Source: an uncultured Candidatus Saccharibacteria bacterium (GTDB lineage Bacteria; Patescibacteriota; JAQUNI01). From it: 64,000 nt of DNA. The DNA is taken from NCBI GenBank assembly GCA_964555185.1, contig CAZKRD010000002.1, positions 245,268 to 309,267 on the forward strand, written 5' to 3'. Positions 36,957 to 47,074 of this stretch are shown here, in pieces (position 1 is the first letter of the stretch; each line of letters opens with the position of its first letter). Position numbers and translations under genes: made by a program. The notes below the pieces were generated by a model. That model had not been told where the DNA came from. It made no database searches and was given only the letters and a program-made list of their open reading frames with translations.

Positions 36957-37493
36957 TTAGTAAGTAACTAAAGCACTCTTTTCTTTATTCGATAAAGCAA
37001 GAAAAGTATCAAGCTCTATTGCATAATCTAGCCAGCCAAGATAATGATCAAGCCAGTGTTGATAAGCTGCCGGGTCAAAACGGTCGATCGACTGGAAAGC
37101 CACCTCTTTAGCCGCTTTAATAAAATCCGAAGTTAAACGCTTAGAAGCTGGGCATTTGGGGTCAATGACAAGTATAACTTCGCCATTCCGCCGGATCGCT
37201 TTAATCGGATAGGATCGGCAATCAAGAGGCTTGTAATCTTGGATCAGGCATTTTCCTTTACGCAAAAATCGACAATCCCTCTTATTAAGCCATCTTTTTC
37301 CAATAATATAATAAGTCCCCTTTCCCAAAACCCTTATCTTTTCAAATCTCTTCTGAAAGAAAAGAATTCCCGTCATGATCCTAATCTTGCTCTTTTCAAA
37401 CCAAGTTAAGATCGGTGACCCGATTTCACCACTCGATCTACAACACTCGCTGCCACATTCCTTGCAAAATTCCAATAAAGACAGTCTATCCAT
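36957..37493 (-). CDS. YkgJ/UPF0153-family Cys-cluster (putative Zn/Fe-binding) protein
   Basis: 'CKECGSECC' C-x2-C-x3-CC signature. A further 'CRFLRKGKC' motif. Confidence 0.55.
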   Translation of the reverse strand: MDRLSLLEFCKECGSECCRSSGEIGSPILTWFEKSKIRIMTGILFFQKRFEKIRVLGKGTYYIIGKRWLNKRDCRFLRKGKCLIQDYKPLDCRSYPIKAIRRNGEVILVIDPKCPASKRLTSDFIKAAKEVAFQSIDRFDPAAYQHWLDHYLGWLDYAIELDTFLALSNKEKSALVTY

Positions 37494-37758
37494 CTCTGTT
37501 TCTCCTCTCTGAATCTAAAATATCCATCTGACTATGTCTACTATTTTCCAGATTGTAAGCCCTGTTATAGTAGCTCCCACAACTATCACAAACCACTCAA
37601 GAGCATTAAGTTTTGCTTTATCTTCCTCCTCCATCTCTTCTCCCTCCTTTCATAAAAAGAACATCCCCTTGCCCCTATTTTTTGACAAGGGAATCAATAT
37701 ATACTTTTCCTTGACCTATTTCAACTTTTATGTTAAATTTAATAGGTTTTTAAAATAA

Positions 37759-38607
37759 TTGTTTAATAAATCAATGATTTTCAGCCAAAAACAAGGGATT
37801 GATGAGCTAATTATCCGGGAATTATCCCATTCCCCGCATTTAGAATTAAAGGAATTAATTAAAAAAATATCACCCAAACTTAAGAAAAAAATCAGTCTTC
37901 AAGCTTGGTACAAAATAATCAAAAAACTCCTAGATCAAGGGGTAATCATTAAGCAAAACAAAAAATACACCCTGAATGTATCTTGGCTTGCCCAAGTGAT
38001 TAAATGGGCAAATATGCTCAAAACCATCTATGTTGAACGCGCACGCGATAAAATCATCAAACTCCCCAAAAAACAAAAAGAGAAGGTTAAATTCACCTTC
38101 CCGGATTTATTGTCTTTAAACGCTTTCTGGGCTCACATCCTAGTCCATCTGGGCTCTCTAACCCCTGAAGGATCAACTGTCTATGCCTACAACCCTCATT
38201 TCTGGTTTTATTTAGCGCATGGAGATTTTGAAAAGCAATACAATCAGAGCATGAAAGACTACAAGGTCAAAACCCAAATTATTATTGGCTCAAATACTTT
38301 CTTAGATCAGTGGAATGCAAAATTCTTTGATTCTAAAATTATTGAGCACTGGTTATCACCAAAACCTCTATACCCTGATCAAAAAAAATATATTAATTAT
38401 TTAAATGGCTATTATCTTGAAATAAAATTAGAGAAACAGATGGCTGAAAAAATCGACAAGCTGTTCAAAAAAACAGAATCCTTAGCTGATATTTCGCAAC
38501 TCGAACTTTTAGCCCTATTTTCCGAAAAATCAATCTGCACAATGATGGTTTCCTGTAATAAACAAAAAGGCGAGGCCTTTGCCCGCAAAATCAAAAGACA
38601 TTTTTAA
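37759..38607 (+). CDS. Hypothetical protein
   Basis: 282-aa ORF. No motif recognised. Confidence 0.35.
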   Translation: MFNKSMIFSQKQGIDELIIRELSHSPHLELKELIKKISPKLKKKISLQAWYKIIKKLLDQGVIIKQNKKYTLNVSWLAQVIKWANMLKTIYVERARDKIIKLPKKQKEKVKFTFPDLLSLNAFWAHILVHLGSLTPEGSTVYAYNPHFWFYLAHGDFEKQYNQSMKDYKVKTQIIIGSNTFLDQWNAKFFDSKIIEHWLSPKPLYPDQKKYINYLNGYYLEIKLEKQMAEKIDKLFKKTESLADISQLELLALFSEKSICTMMVSCNKQKGEAFARKIKRHF

Positions 38608-38630
38608 TTTTGACTATATCTTCAAAAAAA

Positions 38631-39020
38631 TCAAAGAACATCCAGCTCTTTGATTTTTTGATACTGTTTCGGCGATAAAAATTTGCCCTTGCGCACTGTT
38701 TCAACCATTATCCTGCATGGTCTCCTTCGTCTTTTGGTTTGCCAATCACCTATCTTCTTCTCTTGAAGCAATGTTTCTAATTTCTTAAGTATTTTGTCGC
38801 TAAGGGCTAGGCTTTTACCGAACTTATCTCTCATTTCATTTTTAAATTCATACCTAAAATCTTCTAAGTCTTGTTTAGTCGCGAAAACCTTAAGAGCATC
38901 TTCCTTGGTCAGGAATTTCTCTAAATCCTTTTTGGTCGCAAAAACCTTTTCCATTGCTGGAATCAAAACTCCTCGAATATCCTTAATCGTTAATGGCTTA
39001 CTGTTGATATTTCCCGGCAT
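38631..39020 (-). CDS. Hypothetical protein with tandem 'FATK(K/Q)DLE(K/D)F' repeats and an Arg-rich tail
   Basis: 'KVFATKKDLEKFLTKEDALKVFATKQDLEDF' internal repeat. 'KRRRRP' near the C-terminus. Confidence 0.35.
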   Translation of the reverse strand: MPGNINSKPLTIKDIRGVLIPAMEKVFATKKDLEKFLTKEDALKVFATKQDLEDFRYEFKNEMRDKFGKSLALSDKILKKLETLLQEKKIGDWQTKRRRRPCRIMVETVRKGKFLSPKQYQKIKELDVL

Positions 39021-39062
39021 ATGGCTTTAATATAACACAATCGAAAGGATATTTAAACATTC

Positions 39063-40838
39063 TTACTCCATAAAATTCCCGGCCTGGATCTCCCAGAGTT
39101 TTTTGTATTTTCCTCGGGCTTTTTCAATCAATTCCTGATGGCTTCCTTCTTCGACAATCTTACCCTTGTCAATTACAATAATCCGATCCATTTTGCGGAT
39201 TGTAGAGAGACGATGGGCAATCACGATTACGGTTTTTTTCTCCATCAGTCTATCGATTGCCTCCTGAATCAGTCTTTCTGATTCAGAATCCAAACTGGAA
39301 GTTGCTTCGTCTAAAACCAGAATCGGAGCGTTGCGCAAGATTGCCCGAGCAATCGCGACCCGCTGGCGCTCGCCGCCAGATAACTTTATCCCCCGCTCAC
39401 CAACATAGGTATCATAACCCTCTGCAAACTCGGAGATAAATTCATGGGCATGCGCCGCCCTGGCTGCTTTCACTATTTCAGCATTCGAAGCCCCTGGTTT
39501 GCCGTAACGAATATTCTCACGTAAACTGCGATGAAACAACATTGGGTCTTGCGGCACTAAACTGATCTTGCGCCATAAACTCTCTTGAGTCACCCGACTT
39601 ATATCTTGACCATCAATCAAAATTTGACCGCGAGATACATCATGCATCCGTAAAAGCAGCTTAACAACCGTGGTTTTACCAGAACCTGACGGCCCAACTA
39701 AAGCCAAACGTTCATTGCTCTTAATCTTCAAATTAAACCCTTTAAATATCTCACGAGTCTTACGGTAATAAAAATCAATATTTTTAAACTCTATTGCTCC
39801 TTCTGAAACAAGCAGGACTTTAGCGCCTTTTATGTCAGCAATCCCATGCGGGGTGTCTAGGATCACGGTCATCTCTTCAGCGTCAGCTAAGGATTCATAG
39901 ATTCTCCTTAAAATCTTGCCAAAATCCCAAAGCTGCATAAAGAGGATCGCAAGATAGCTTTGAATCAAAACAAAATCACCAACCGACAAAATTCCTTTTT
40001 GCCAAAGACGGATCGCTAAATACAGAATCCCTACTTCTAAAAATAGAAACAGGAGACCTTGAAAAGCTTCAAAAAAATTATTTAAATCCCAAGTAAAGCG
40101 GCGCAATTTACGCAATTCCTCTAAGATTCTCTTAAAAGCATTAGATTCTCGAGTAAAACCGTTAAACAATTTTATATTCTTACTATTTGTAACCGTATCT
40201 GCCAACCGTCCTGTTGTTTCTGTTTCTTTTGCTGCTTTTTGGATGTCATATTTCAACTTATACCTGCTAAAAATGACATTGATTAATAGAAAAACAAAAA
40301 CCCATGCTAAAATACCGACTCCTAATATATAATTTTGCTTATACAAAATAATAATAATCAATGTGAGCTGGGTGATTAAAGGCAGGATGCGCCAAGTGAT
40401 CTGATCGGCAATCACCTCAAAAGCGCGTTCAAACCATTTTACTCTTTTAACTAATGATCCGACAAAACTATTCTCAAAAAAAGCAAAGGAATGCTTGTGC
40501 AGGTAATCAAAAGACTTGCTCGTCAAACTGACCATTGCTTTTGGCTGGAAATAGCTCGTGGCAAAAGTAACTATTCGCCAGACGGCCCAACTAGCTGACT
40601 TGATTAGAGCAATGATAACTAATAAGCGAAAAAGGTTAATGCTGATTGACTCAAGATCACTGCCGCCTGCTAAAACATCAATAAACTTCTTTAAATAAAC
40701 AGGCGTAATGACGCGCAATACCGAAGCCCCAATCACCGAGAAAAAAATAAGGAGGGCAGAAAGTTTGTAATCTAAAACTGCCCGCCAATAGAATTTGAGA
40801 GTTTTTTTAGTATGATTTTTCATAAAAGATGAAAACAA
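39063..40838 (-). CDS. ABC exporter, fused permease/ATPase (MsbA/type I exporter-like)
   Basis: 6-TM N-domain. Walker A 'GPSGSGKTTVVKLL'. Signature '[16 protein letters not shown]'. Walker B 'ILVLDEATSSLD'. Confidence 0.85.
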   Translation of the reverse strand: MFSSFMKNHTKKTLKFYWRAVLDYKLSALLIFFSVIGASVLRVITPVYLKKFIDVLAGGSDLESISINLFRLLVIIALIKSASWAVWRIVTFATSYFQPKAMVSLTSKSFDYLHKHSFAFFENSFVGSLVKRVKWFERAFEVIADQITWRILPLITQLTLIIIILYKQNYILGVGILAWVFVFLLINVIFSRYKLKYDIQKAAKETETTGRLADTVTNSKNIKLFNGFTRESNAFKRILEELRKLRRFTWDLNNFFEAFQGLLFLFLEVGILYLAIRLWQKGILSVGDFVLIQSYLAILFMQLWDFGKILRRIYESLADAEEMTVILDTPHGIADIKGAKVLLVSEGAIEFKNIDFYYRKTREIFKGFNLKIKSNERLALVGPSGSGKTTVVKLLLRMHDVSRGQILIDGQDISRVTQESLWRKISLVPQDPMLFHRSLRENIRYGKPGASNAEIVKAARAAHAHEFISEFAEGYDTYVGERGIKLSGGERQRVAIARAILRNAPILVLDEATSSLDSESERLIQEAIDRLMEKKTVIVIAHRLSTIRKMDRIIVIDKGKIVEEGSHQELIEKARGKYKKLWEIQAGNFME

Positions 40839-40899
40839 TGATTCTATTCTACCAAAAAATCGCCAAAAAGGCGATTTTTTGGATAAATATCACCAAGAA

Positions 40900-42170
40900 T
40901 CAATTCGACTTAGCCTTCTTCCGCCGCTTAAGTAAAATCACAATCACGACAATAACAACGATCACGAACAATAAAAAGAGACCAACAATCACACCTAAAA
41001 TAACCCAAATCTTTTTTGACTTAGACTTAGTCGGAGTTCCGCCAATGATCGGATCAGCAGCAGCCTTTTCCGGCCCGCCCACGGTTAAAACAAACGGCAT
41101 ATTCTGATAAGGAATATCTTCGCCCTTAACTTCTATTGTGTATTTACCCTTTTCCGCTGTTATTTTTTGAGAAAAAGGCGGACTGCTAACCTCTTTCGTG
41201 ATTATTGCATTGCCGTTGGGGTCTGTTATTGCCAATGAAACCGCGCTCCCGTCAAAATTCAAAATCACGGAAAAGTCTTCTTCGCCTGTCGCGTTAAAGT
41301 AATAAATTTTTTCTTCCCCTTGGTCAATCCCGTCCACAATTTCCTGTAAAACCTGATCACCGCCTTGAGTAGCCAGCTCTTGAGCTTTGCGCGCGATCTT
41401 GCCGCCCTTGGCGCGGACAGCAAACCAATTCAGAACGCTCTGGACATCAGAAGAAACCTGGGCTTCATTATGAAAGCTGGTGTACAAGACCTCTCCATCG
41501 CCTTCAGAGAAAGAAACAACATAAGGCTTATCCTGCAATGTCCCCTCTTCTCCACCATAACCAAGCGATACAGGCCCGGTCATATGGACCTTTGTCCCTG
41601 AACCCGGACTATCCATCACGACCCAAGAACCCATATCATAATTGATTTCTATCGTACTTTTACCGATTACCGAGGCTAGACCAGGATCAACTATCTGCGC
41701 CTGGACCACTCCTACTTCGCCGATTCGAGAACTGTAATAATCCGTAGCTTCATCTTCGTCATAATATTCACGGTCGCTGTAAAAATTGATTTTACCCGGG
41801 AAAGCCTCAATAATAATTGAATTAGCATAATCCGAAGCGTAAACAATTCCGCCGCCTTTAACATAAGAGGCAATTGCCGGCCCGGCTTCCTCTGCCACAT
41901 AATCCGCGTCCGAGGAACAATTAATATAGACAACATCATACTCTTTTAATTTCTCTTCTGATTTTAATTCTTCAAATTGGATCTCGTCATAAGCAAATCC
42001 CAAACCCTCCAAAACCGCGCCGATATCATCAAAATCAGGCGGGGTCACCGCGATCTTCCCCGTGGTCGCGCCCAAGACTGTCGGTTCGGCCCGAATAACA
42101 GAAGGCGCTAAAAGCAAAATAGTGGTCAGGACGCAAAAAACAGAAATAAAAAATCTTTTTGTTTTCATTT
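40900..42170 (-). CDS. Secreted protein with a C-terminal TM anchor and basic tail (hypothetical)
   Basis: RBS AAGGAGGTG 4 nt before the ATG at 42170. Signal peptide 'MKTKRFFISVFCVLTTILLLAPSVIRA'. C-terminal 'IWVILGVIVGLFLLFVIVVIVVIVILLKRRKKAKSN'. Confidence 0.45.
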
Positions 42171-42251
42171 TCACCTCCTTTCTTTTGGTTTTATTATACC
42201 AAAAAATTATTTTTTGTGAAAAAAATCCCATCAAACAAAAAATGGCAAACG

Positions 42252-42533
42252 CTAAATTAAAACAACAAACAAAATAACAATCAAGATAATCCCCAGACAA
42301 TAGAGGAATGTATAACCTAAAACCTTAAGCGCTTCCTTGATTTTCTTGTTTAGAACCAGATAAACTGGATAGCCAAAAACAAGCAAACCAGTTACTGCTG
42401 CCGAGAAAACAAGCAAGAAAAGCATTAAGATCCAGCCTAAAATATTAGGCCGTTTCGACATCACTCTCTCCATCAACAGGAAAAATCCTGAAAGCAGAGC
42501 GCAATACAAAAGCACGGCTAAAGACTGCAGCAA
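42252..42533 (-). CDS. Small membrane protein (hypothetical)
   Basis: Three hydrophobic helices in 93 aa. Confidence 0.3.
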   Translation of the reverse strand: MLQSLAVLLYCALLSGFFLLMERVMSKRPNILGWILMLFLLVFSAAVTGLLVFGYPVYLVLNKKIKEALKVLGYTFLYCLGIILIVILFVVLI

Positions 42534-42629
42534 ACCTACTATTTCTAGTCTGATTTTTTTTATACGTTTTTATGAAAAAAATACAAAGCAATTCTTTATT
42601 AACTCCATCTTCCTAAATTTTCCAATTGA

Positions 42630-43202
42630 TTATTGTTGCTCGTAGCCTGCTTCCTTGGGAAACAGCAGCAGAAAAGGATAGCCGCGATAATTTCTCTTAA
42701 TCTTTCCGCAGCCAATGCCTTTCAATAATTCTATCATCCCCTCTGTAATTTTCTCGGGATTAACATCTTTTCCCGAACCAATATATTCAACCTCAACAAA
42801 ATCACCAAGCCCGGAAACAGAATCAATAGAAATTTTGTAATCCTTATAGATCCAATTCTCTCTTTGTTTATCCACGGTCACGATCGGTTTTAAATCAAGG
42901 GCTTTAAAAATCTTACTCATTTGCTCTTTATCCTTAATCCGTGTTTCGTATTCATCACAATAATGACCTTTCCCTTCTTTGTTTGTATGCCAATTCTTGT
43001 AATTAATAAAATAAACCCCATCCGTGTTTCTTAATCTTAACCATTCTTTGGCTGGCCGGACATTAATAAAATTACGATGAGCAGGCACGAAGTATTCATC
43101 GATCTGGTGTTTTTGGGAGTCAAGATGGGCATTCTTTTTCAAAAATTCCTTCAGCGCTTTTTTGTCTTCAATATTAACTTGAATTTCAATTTCCTTGTCC
43201 AT
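42630..43202 (-). CDS. CYTH-domain protein (CyaB/ThTPase-like triphosphate tunnel metalloenzyme)
   Basis: N-terminal 'EIEIQVNI' ExExK-type motif. 'DEYETRIKD' and 'DFVEVEY' acidic strands typical of CYTH. Confidence 0.5.
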   Translation of the reverse strand: MDKEIEIQVNIEDKKALKEFLKKNAHLDSQKHQIDEYFVPAHRNFINVRPAKEWLRLRNTDGVYFINYKNWHTNKEGKGHYCDEYETRIKDKEQMSKIFKALDLKPIVTVDKQRENWIYKDYKISIDSVSGLGDFVEVEYIGSGKDVNPEKITEGMIELLKGIGCGKIKRNYRGYPFLLLFPKEAGYEQQ

Positions 43203-43345
43203 AAATTAAAAAACTTTTTTTATTTTGAATCATTAAAAAAATCTGCCTTCTTTTAAAATTATACCAAACCTTGGCAGTGAACGGCAAGGCTGAATGAATA
43301 AAAAAACCGACGAGAATCTCGCCGGAAAGGAAGTAAGGAACTTAC

Positions 43346-44569
43346 CTAGGCTTTCTTGAAAAGCGCTTCAGGACTTCTGGTGACTAAACAGCGAATCCCC
43401 GCATAACACAAAACTGGAAACAGTTCAATAGGAATCGGTGTTTGATGAATCTTACCCTCACCAACAATATTAGCAACTGTCTCCGCGACAGGGTCATCGC
43501 CTGCTGTCATTAACACGCGGCCGTCAGAAAATTGCACGAGATTTAAAGAATAAGGAATCTGCATCTTCTTAGGATAATGCACCTTAATCTCTAAAGATTC
43601 GCATCGGCGCTTTATTAAATCTATTGAATCATAAGGCAAACGAGGAATCCAAGGATACCCTCCGCCTCCCTGCCAATCCGCAGTACAGATTAACGGATCT
43701 ACCACTAGGTGCAAACCCCCATCCTTGCCTTCAAGCAAACAGCCCACTCTGTCTAAATGATCATTGCAGATGAGTTTCTCCGCTTTCTTGCTTCTGGAAA
43801 ATACTTGAGCAAGAAGCAAAGGAATGATGCCAACCTTTATTCCTAATGCTCTGATTCTCTCTATCTCTTTTTGGGGATCGGTTGAATCCCCTTTCTCAAG
43901 AATCAATCTCTCGCCAACCAACATTGTCTTACGGCGCGACAAGACCCGTCCCCCTTCTCCATAAGGAGAAGAAATGATCTGATGTCCCTTGGCCTCTGTC
44001 ACTTGCAGTTCTACTACTTTAGAGTTCACTAAAATAATATTAGGGAAAACAGTAGCAAAATCACGAGGATAGATAACAGAAGGAGGAACAAATTCTGGAG
44101 GAAAACCCACCAAACGACAGTTTAATCCTTGTATACAAGCACCAAGAGAGGTTTGATCAATCATATCTTCGTGAGCATAGATGATGCGGAAATTAATCCC
44201 CATCTCCGTTAGGGCATAAACAATCGCGACATATTCCTCGCGCAGCTTTTGCAAAGCTTCGCATTCACTTTGAATCTCATGTAAGATTCGAAAAGCAAGA
44301 TCAGCCTGACCAACTGGTGCGTAATAGCTCTCTCTGAATTTTTTCCCAAACAAAGGTTCACCAACTAAATATGAATCTGTCATTGCTCCTGCCTCCTGCA
44401 TATCAGTAATAAAACCCGATTTCTTAAAGATCAGAAAGTAAAACGAATTGGACTCAATATAATAGAAGATTTTTGCAAAAATAGCAATAATCCAGCTTAA
44501 AAAAACAGAGCAGCCGTATTTTCCTGCCAAATCAAGAAATAATAGCTGACCCTTATCTTCTAATTTCAA
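43346..44569 (-). CDS. Amidinotransferase-superfamily protein (agmatine/arginine deiminase-like)
   Basis: C-terminal 'YAGIRCLVT' resembles the GGGIHC(I/M)T catalytic-Cys motif of deiminases. Overlaps surE by 4 bp. The N-terminal start is uncertain. Confidence 0.35.
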   Translation of the reverse strand: MKLEDKGQLLFLDLAGKYGCSVFLSWIIAIFAKIFYYIESNSFYFLIFKKSGFITDMQEAGAMTDSYLVGEPLFGKKFRESYYAPVGQADLAFRILHEIQSECEALQKLREEYVAIVYALTEMGINFRIIYAHEDMIDQTSLGACIQGLNCRLVGFPPEFVPPSVIYPRDFATVFPNIILVNSKVVELQVTEAKGHQIISSPYGEGGRVLSRRKTMLVGERLILEKGDSTDPQKEIERIRALGIKVGIIPLLLAQVFSRSKKAEKLICNDHLDRVGCLLEGKDGGLHLVVDPLICTADWQGGGGYPWIPRLPYDSIDLIKRRCESLEIKVHYPKKMQIPYSLNLVQFSDGRVLMTAGDDPVAETVANIVGEGKIHQTPIPIELFPVLCYAGIRCLVTRSPEALFKKA

Positions 44570-45354
44570 ATTCTAATTTTTAAACCCTTTAATTTACGAT
44601 AAATCTTCTCGTCCGTGAAAGTAGATCTAAAAGGTGAGATGGAAATCTCACCCCTCTGCATTGCGCCAGCATCAAAAGAGGGTTCGAGTTTATTCCTCAT
44701 AATCCCCGGAGGCAGAATATAGTTTTTGGCTTTGCGGTTAATCTTAATCTTGCAGTTATAAAAATCAGTAACATAAGGGCAAAATTTCGTGAAGCGAATC
44801 TTGCGAGTAGGTTTATAAGGAAAATTGATATTCAAAAGCCGAGCGCCCCAAAGGTCATTCTTTAAAGCTAAATTAAAAATCTTGAAAAACTCTTTGCCCG
44901 GATATTCCAAGCATCGATTGATCGCGCGCATACTCTTATCTTCCGTCCACCAATCTTCAGGAGAACAGTTATAGCTTGCTACCATACCCCTGGGAGCGAG
45001 TCTTAAAGAAATTGCCCGCAAGGCCGCAGCTAGGGTGCCTGAGCTAAAGATGCCCATAGTCATATTCGCGCCCCAATTAATTCCGGCAATCACTAGATCA
45101 AATTTTTCTTTAAAATGATTCCAAGCAAAGCCAATCGCGTCTACGGGCGTCCCCGCAACCCAAATCGCGGGAACACCAGAAACTGAAGTCTCGCCCCAAG
45201 CTACCTTTTTGTTAAAATTGATCTTGCCGCCAATCCCGCTTTGCTTGGTTTTAGTGCCCGCGATTTTAAGCTTATGTTCTTTTTTTAAAAAATGGATCAA
45301 AAGACGAATCCCAATCGCGTCATACCCATCATCACCAGTTAAAAGAATTTTCAT
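44566..45354 (-). CDS. surE: 5'/3'-nucleotidase SurE
   Basis: 'MKILLTGDDGYDAIGIRLL' matches the SurE N-terminal DDG motif. Length 262 aa. Confidence 0.65.
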   Translation of the reverse strand: MKILLTGDDGYDAIGIRLLIHFLKKEHKLKIAGTKTKQSGIGGKINFNKKVAWGETSVSGVPAIWVAGTPVDAIGFAWNHFKEKFDLVIAGINWGANMTMGIFSSGTLAAALRAISLRLAPRGMVASYNCSPEDWWTEDKSMRAINRCLEYPGKEFFKIFNLALKNDLWGARLLNINFPYKPTRKIRFTKFCPYVTDFYNCKIKINRKAKNYILPPGIMRNKLEPSFDAGAMQRGEISISPFRSTFTDEKIYRKLKGLKIRI

Positions 45355-45399
45355 AGTTTAAATATAAATAATCAACATTCAACTTCTCATTTCCCATCT

Positions 45400-46386
45400 T
45401 CATGATCTGATCTCCTTTTCCAGCCAAGGAATATTCTGGGTTTTTCTTTTCCAAAAAATATCCTCCCAAATGTAATGGAACGCTAATTTTTCCCAACCGG
45501 GATAGTTCGATCTAAAAAATTTAAGAATTTTCTGAACGGATACTAATTTTTTATCAAATAATAGTCGCGACATTATTTTCTGCTCCCAAGGCGGAATTGT
45601 TTCTAAAGAACCGCAATGGTAAAAATCTTCAAACAAAAGATACTCAACAGAGGCAGGGCCAATGCCGTAGAGTTTTAACGCCTCTTTTTTAAGTTCACCC
45701 CTCCCCATTTTTCGCATCTGAAACTCATTAATTTCTCCACAAACAAACTGTTCACTAATTCTTTTCAAAAATTTAGCCCGATAACCTAACTTTAAATCTC
45801 TTAAAACCTGCTCGGCTGTCTTAGCTATAATTTGCGGACTCCAAAAAGAAAATAAAATTTTATGGTCAAATTCAACTTGCTGGCCGAATTTATTGAAAAG
45901 ATTCTCAAGCATTTGAGAAGTACGGCGGACAGTGGCATTTTGCAAAACAATATAAATGATCAAGGTCTCATAGAACGAATTAGCAGCCACCGGCTTCATC
46001 CCTTTCCATTTTTTAAACAAAGGCCCTAACACTTTATCGTTTTTGAACTTCTTACTGAATTCCGCGATATCGGATTTAATATTAAACCGCCACTCTATCT
46101 CGGGAATAATTTCTTTTTTAATCTCCGGCTTGATTGGTTTTCGAGAATAGACAGTTAATTTTACTTTGGGATTAGCGACCGTGCCCTTGTTTTCTAACTT
46201 CAATCCAAAAATATCATCTTTCCAAAACATCATGATCCAATAGTTATCCTGCTCCCAAACATTATCCGAGGACGGAAAATGCGAGGGCTTATGGATCGTA
46301 GCGTTGAAATTATAAAGCGGTGTTGGTTTTAGCAACACCGAGAACTTTTTATTTAGTTTAATAATCTTACTTTTCATCTTCATCAA
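45400..46386 (-). CDS. HhH-GPD superfamily DNA glycosylase-like protein
   Basis: Helix-hairpin-helix 'LKLYGIGPASVEYLLF' followed by a Gly/Pro/Asp-rich region. Confidence 0.45.
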   Translation of the reverse strand: MMKMKSKIIKLNKKFSVLLKPTPLYNFNATIHKPSHFPSSDNVWEQDNYWIMMFWKDDIFGLKLENKGTVANPKVKLTVYSRKPIKPEIKKEIIPEIEWRFNIKSDIAEFSKKFKNDKVLGPLFKKWKGMKPVAANSFYETLIIYIVLQNATVRRTSQMLENLFNKFGQQVEFDHKILFSFWSPQIIAKTAEQVLRDLKLGYRAKFLKRISEQFVCGEINEFQMRKMGRGELKKEALKLYGIGPASVEYLLFEDFYHCGSLETIPPWEQKIMSRLLFDKKLVSVQKILKFFRSNYPGWEKLAFHYIWEDIFWKRKTQNIPWLEKEIRS

Positions 46387-46499
46387 ATATTTTCACAACT
46401 GGTTTGGATTTTTGAGATTTTATCCTAGACATAAGTTTAGAATCAAAATAAAGTTGGCTCCATTCTCCCTCTTCCAAGACCTGATTTATCTATCTCTCT

Positions 46500-46925
46500 T
46501 TATTTCATCCTATTAAAATTTCCGTTAAGAATCACATCGGTCACGGCTTTTATCTCATCAGTATAAGAAACCTTTTCTGGTATTGGATTTAGAAGAAAAA
46601 CCTTTTTATCCTTGACGTGAGCAAAGCCCATTTCCATTAAAGTATTTCCGCCAATATAATTCTTAATGCCGTCTTTGTCATAATTTAAAACCAAAATAGC
46701 ATTGCTGTCCGCAATCGCTTTGTAATACCACTTGATATAACCTTCTTTTCTTTTGACTTGACCGTGGTCTTCTTTAATTCTCTTCATTAACTCTGGATTT
46801 CTACCAAGGGCTAAATCTTCCATTACAGGACAAATGATCCCCTTATGCCCCATCTTATTTAATTGATCTCTCACTTCAACCATTTCTTTTCTAAATCTTA
46901 CGCTTCCGCAAATTGTTATTTTCAT
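46500..46925 (-). CDS. Nucleoside 2-deoxyribosyltransferase-like protein
   Basis: 'KITICGSVRF' (IYLAGP-like) and 'IGGNTLMEMGFAHVKDKKVFLL' (GT.fE.G.A...gKpv) match NDT-family motifs. Confidence 0.5.
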   Translation of the reverse strand: MKITICGSVRFRKEMVEVRDQLNKMGHKGIICPVMEDLALGRNPELMKRIKEDHGQVKRKEGYIKWYYKAIADSNAILVLNYDKDGIKNYIGGNTLMEMGFAHVKDKKVFLLNPIPEKVSYTDEIKAVTDVILNGNFNRMK

Positions 46926-47074
46926 AGTTTTATTTTTGTTAGATCTAAACTTTATATATTGCTGCGAGGGTGAAACTCTCTCAAACTCTTTATTATCACT
47001 ATACCAAATTTAGTTGATCAATCCAAGGAAAACAAAAAAGAGCCATTTCGCAATGTCATCTACGAAATGGCTGT

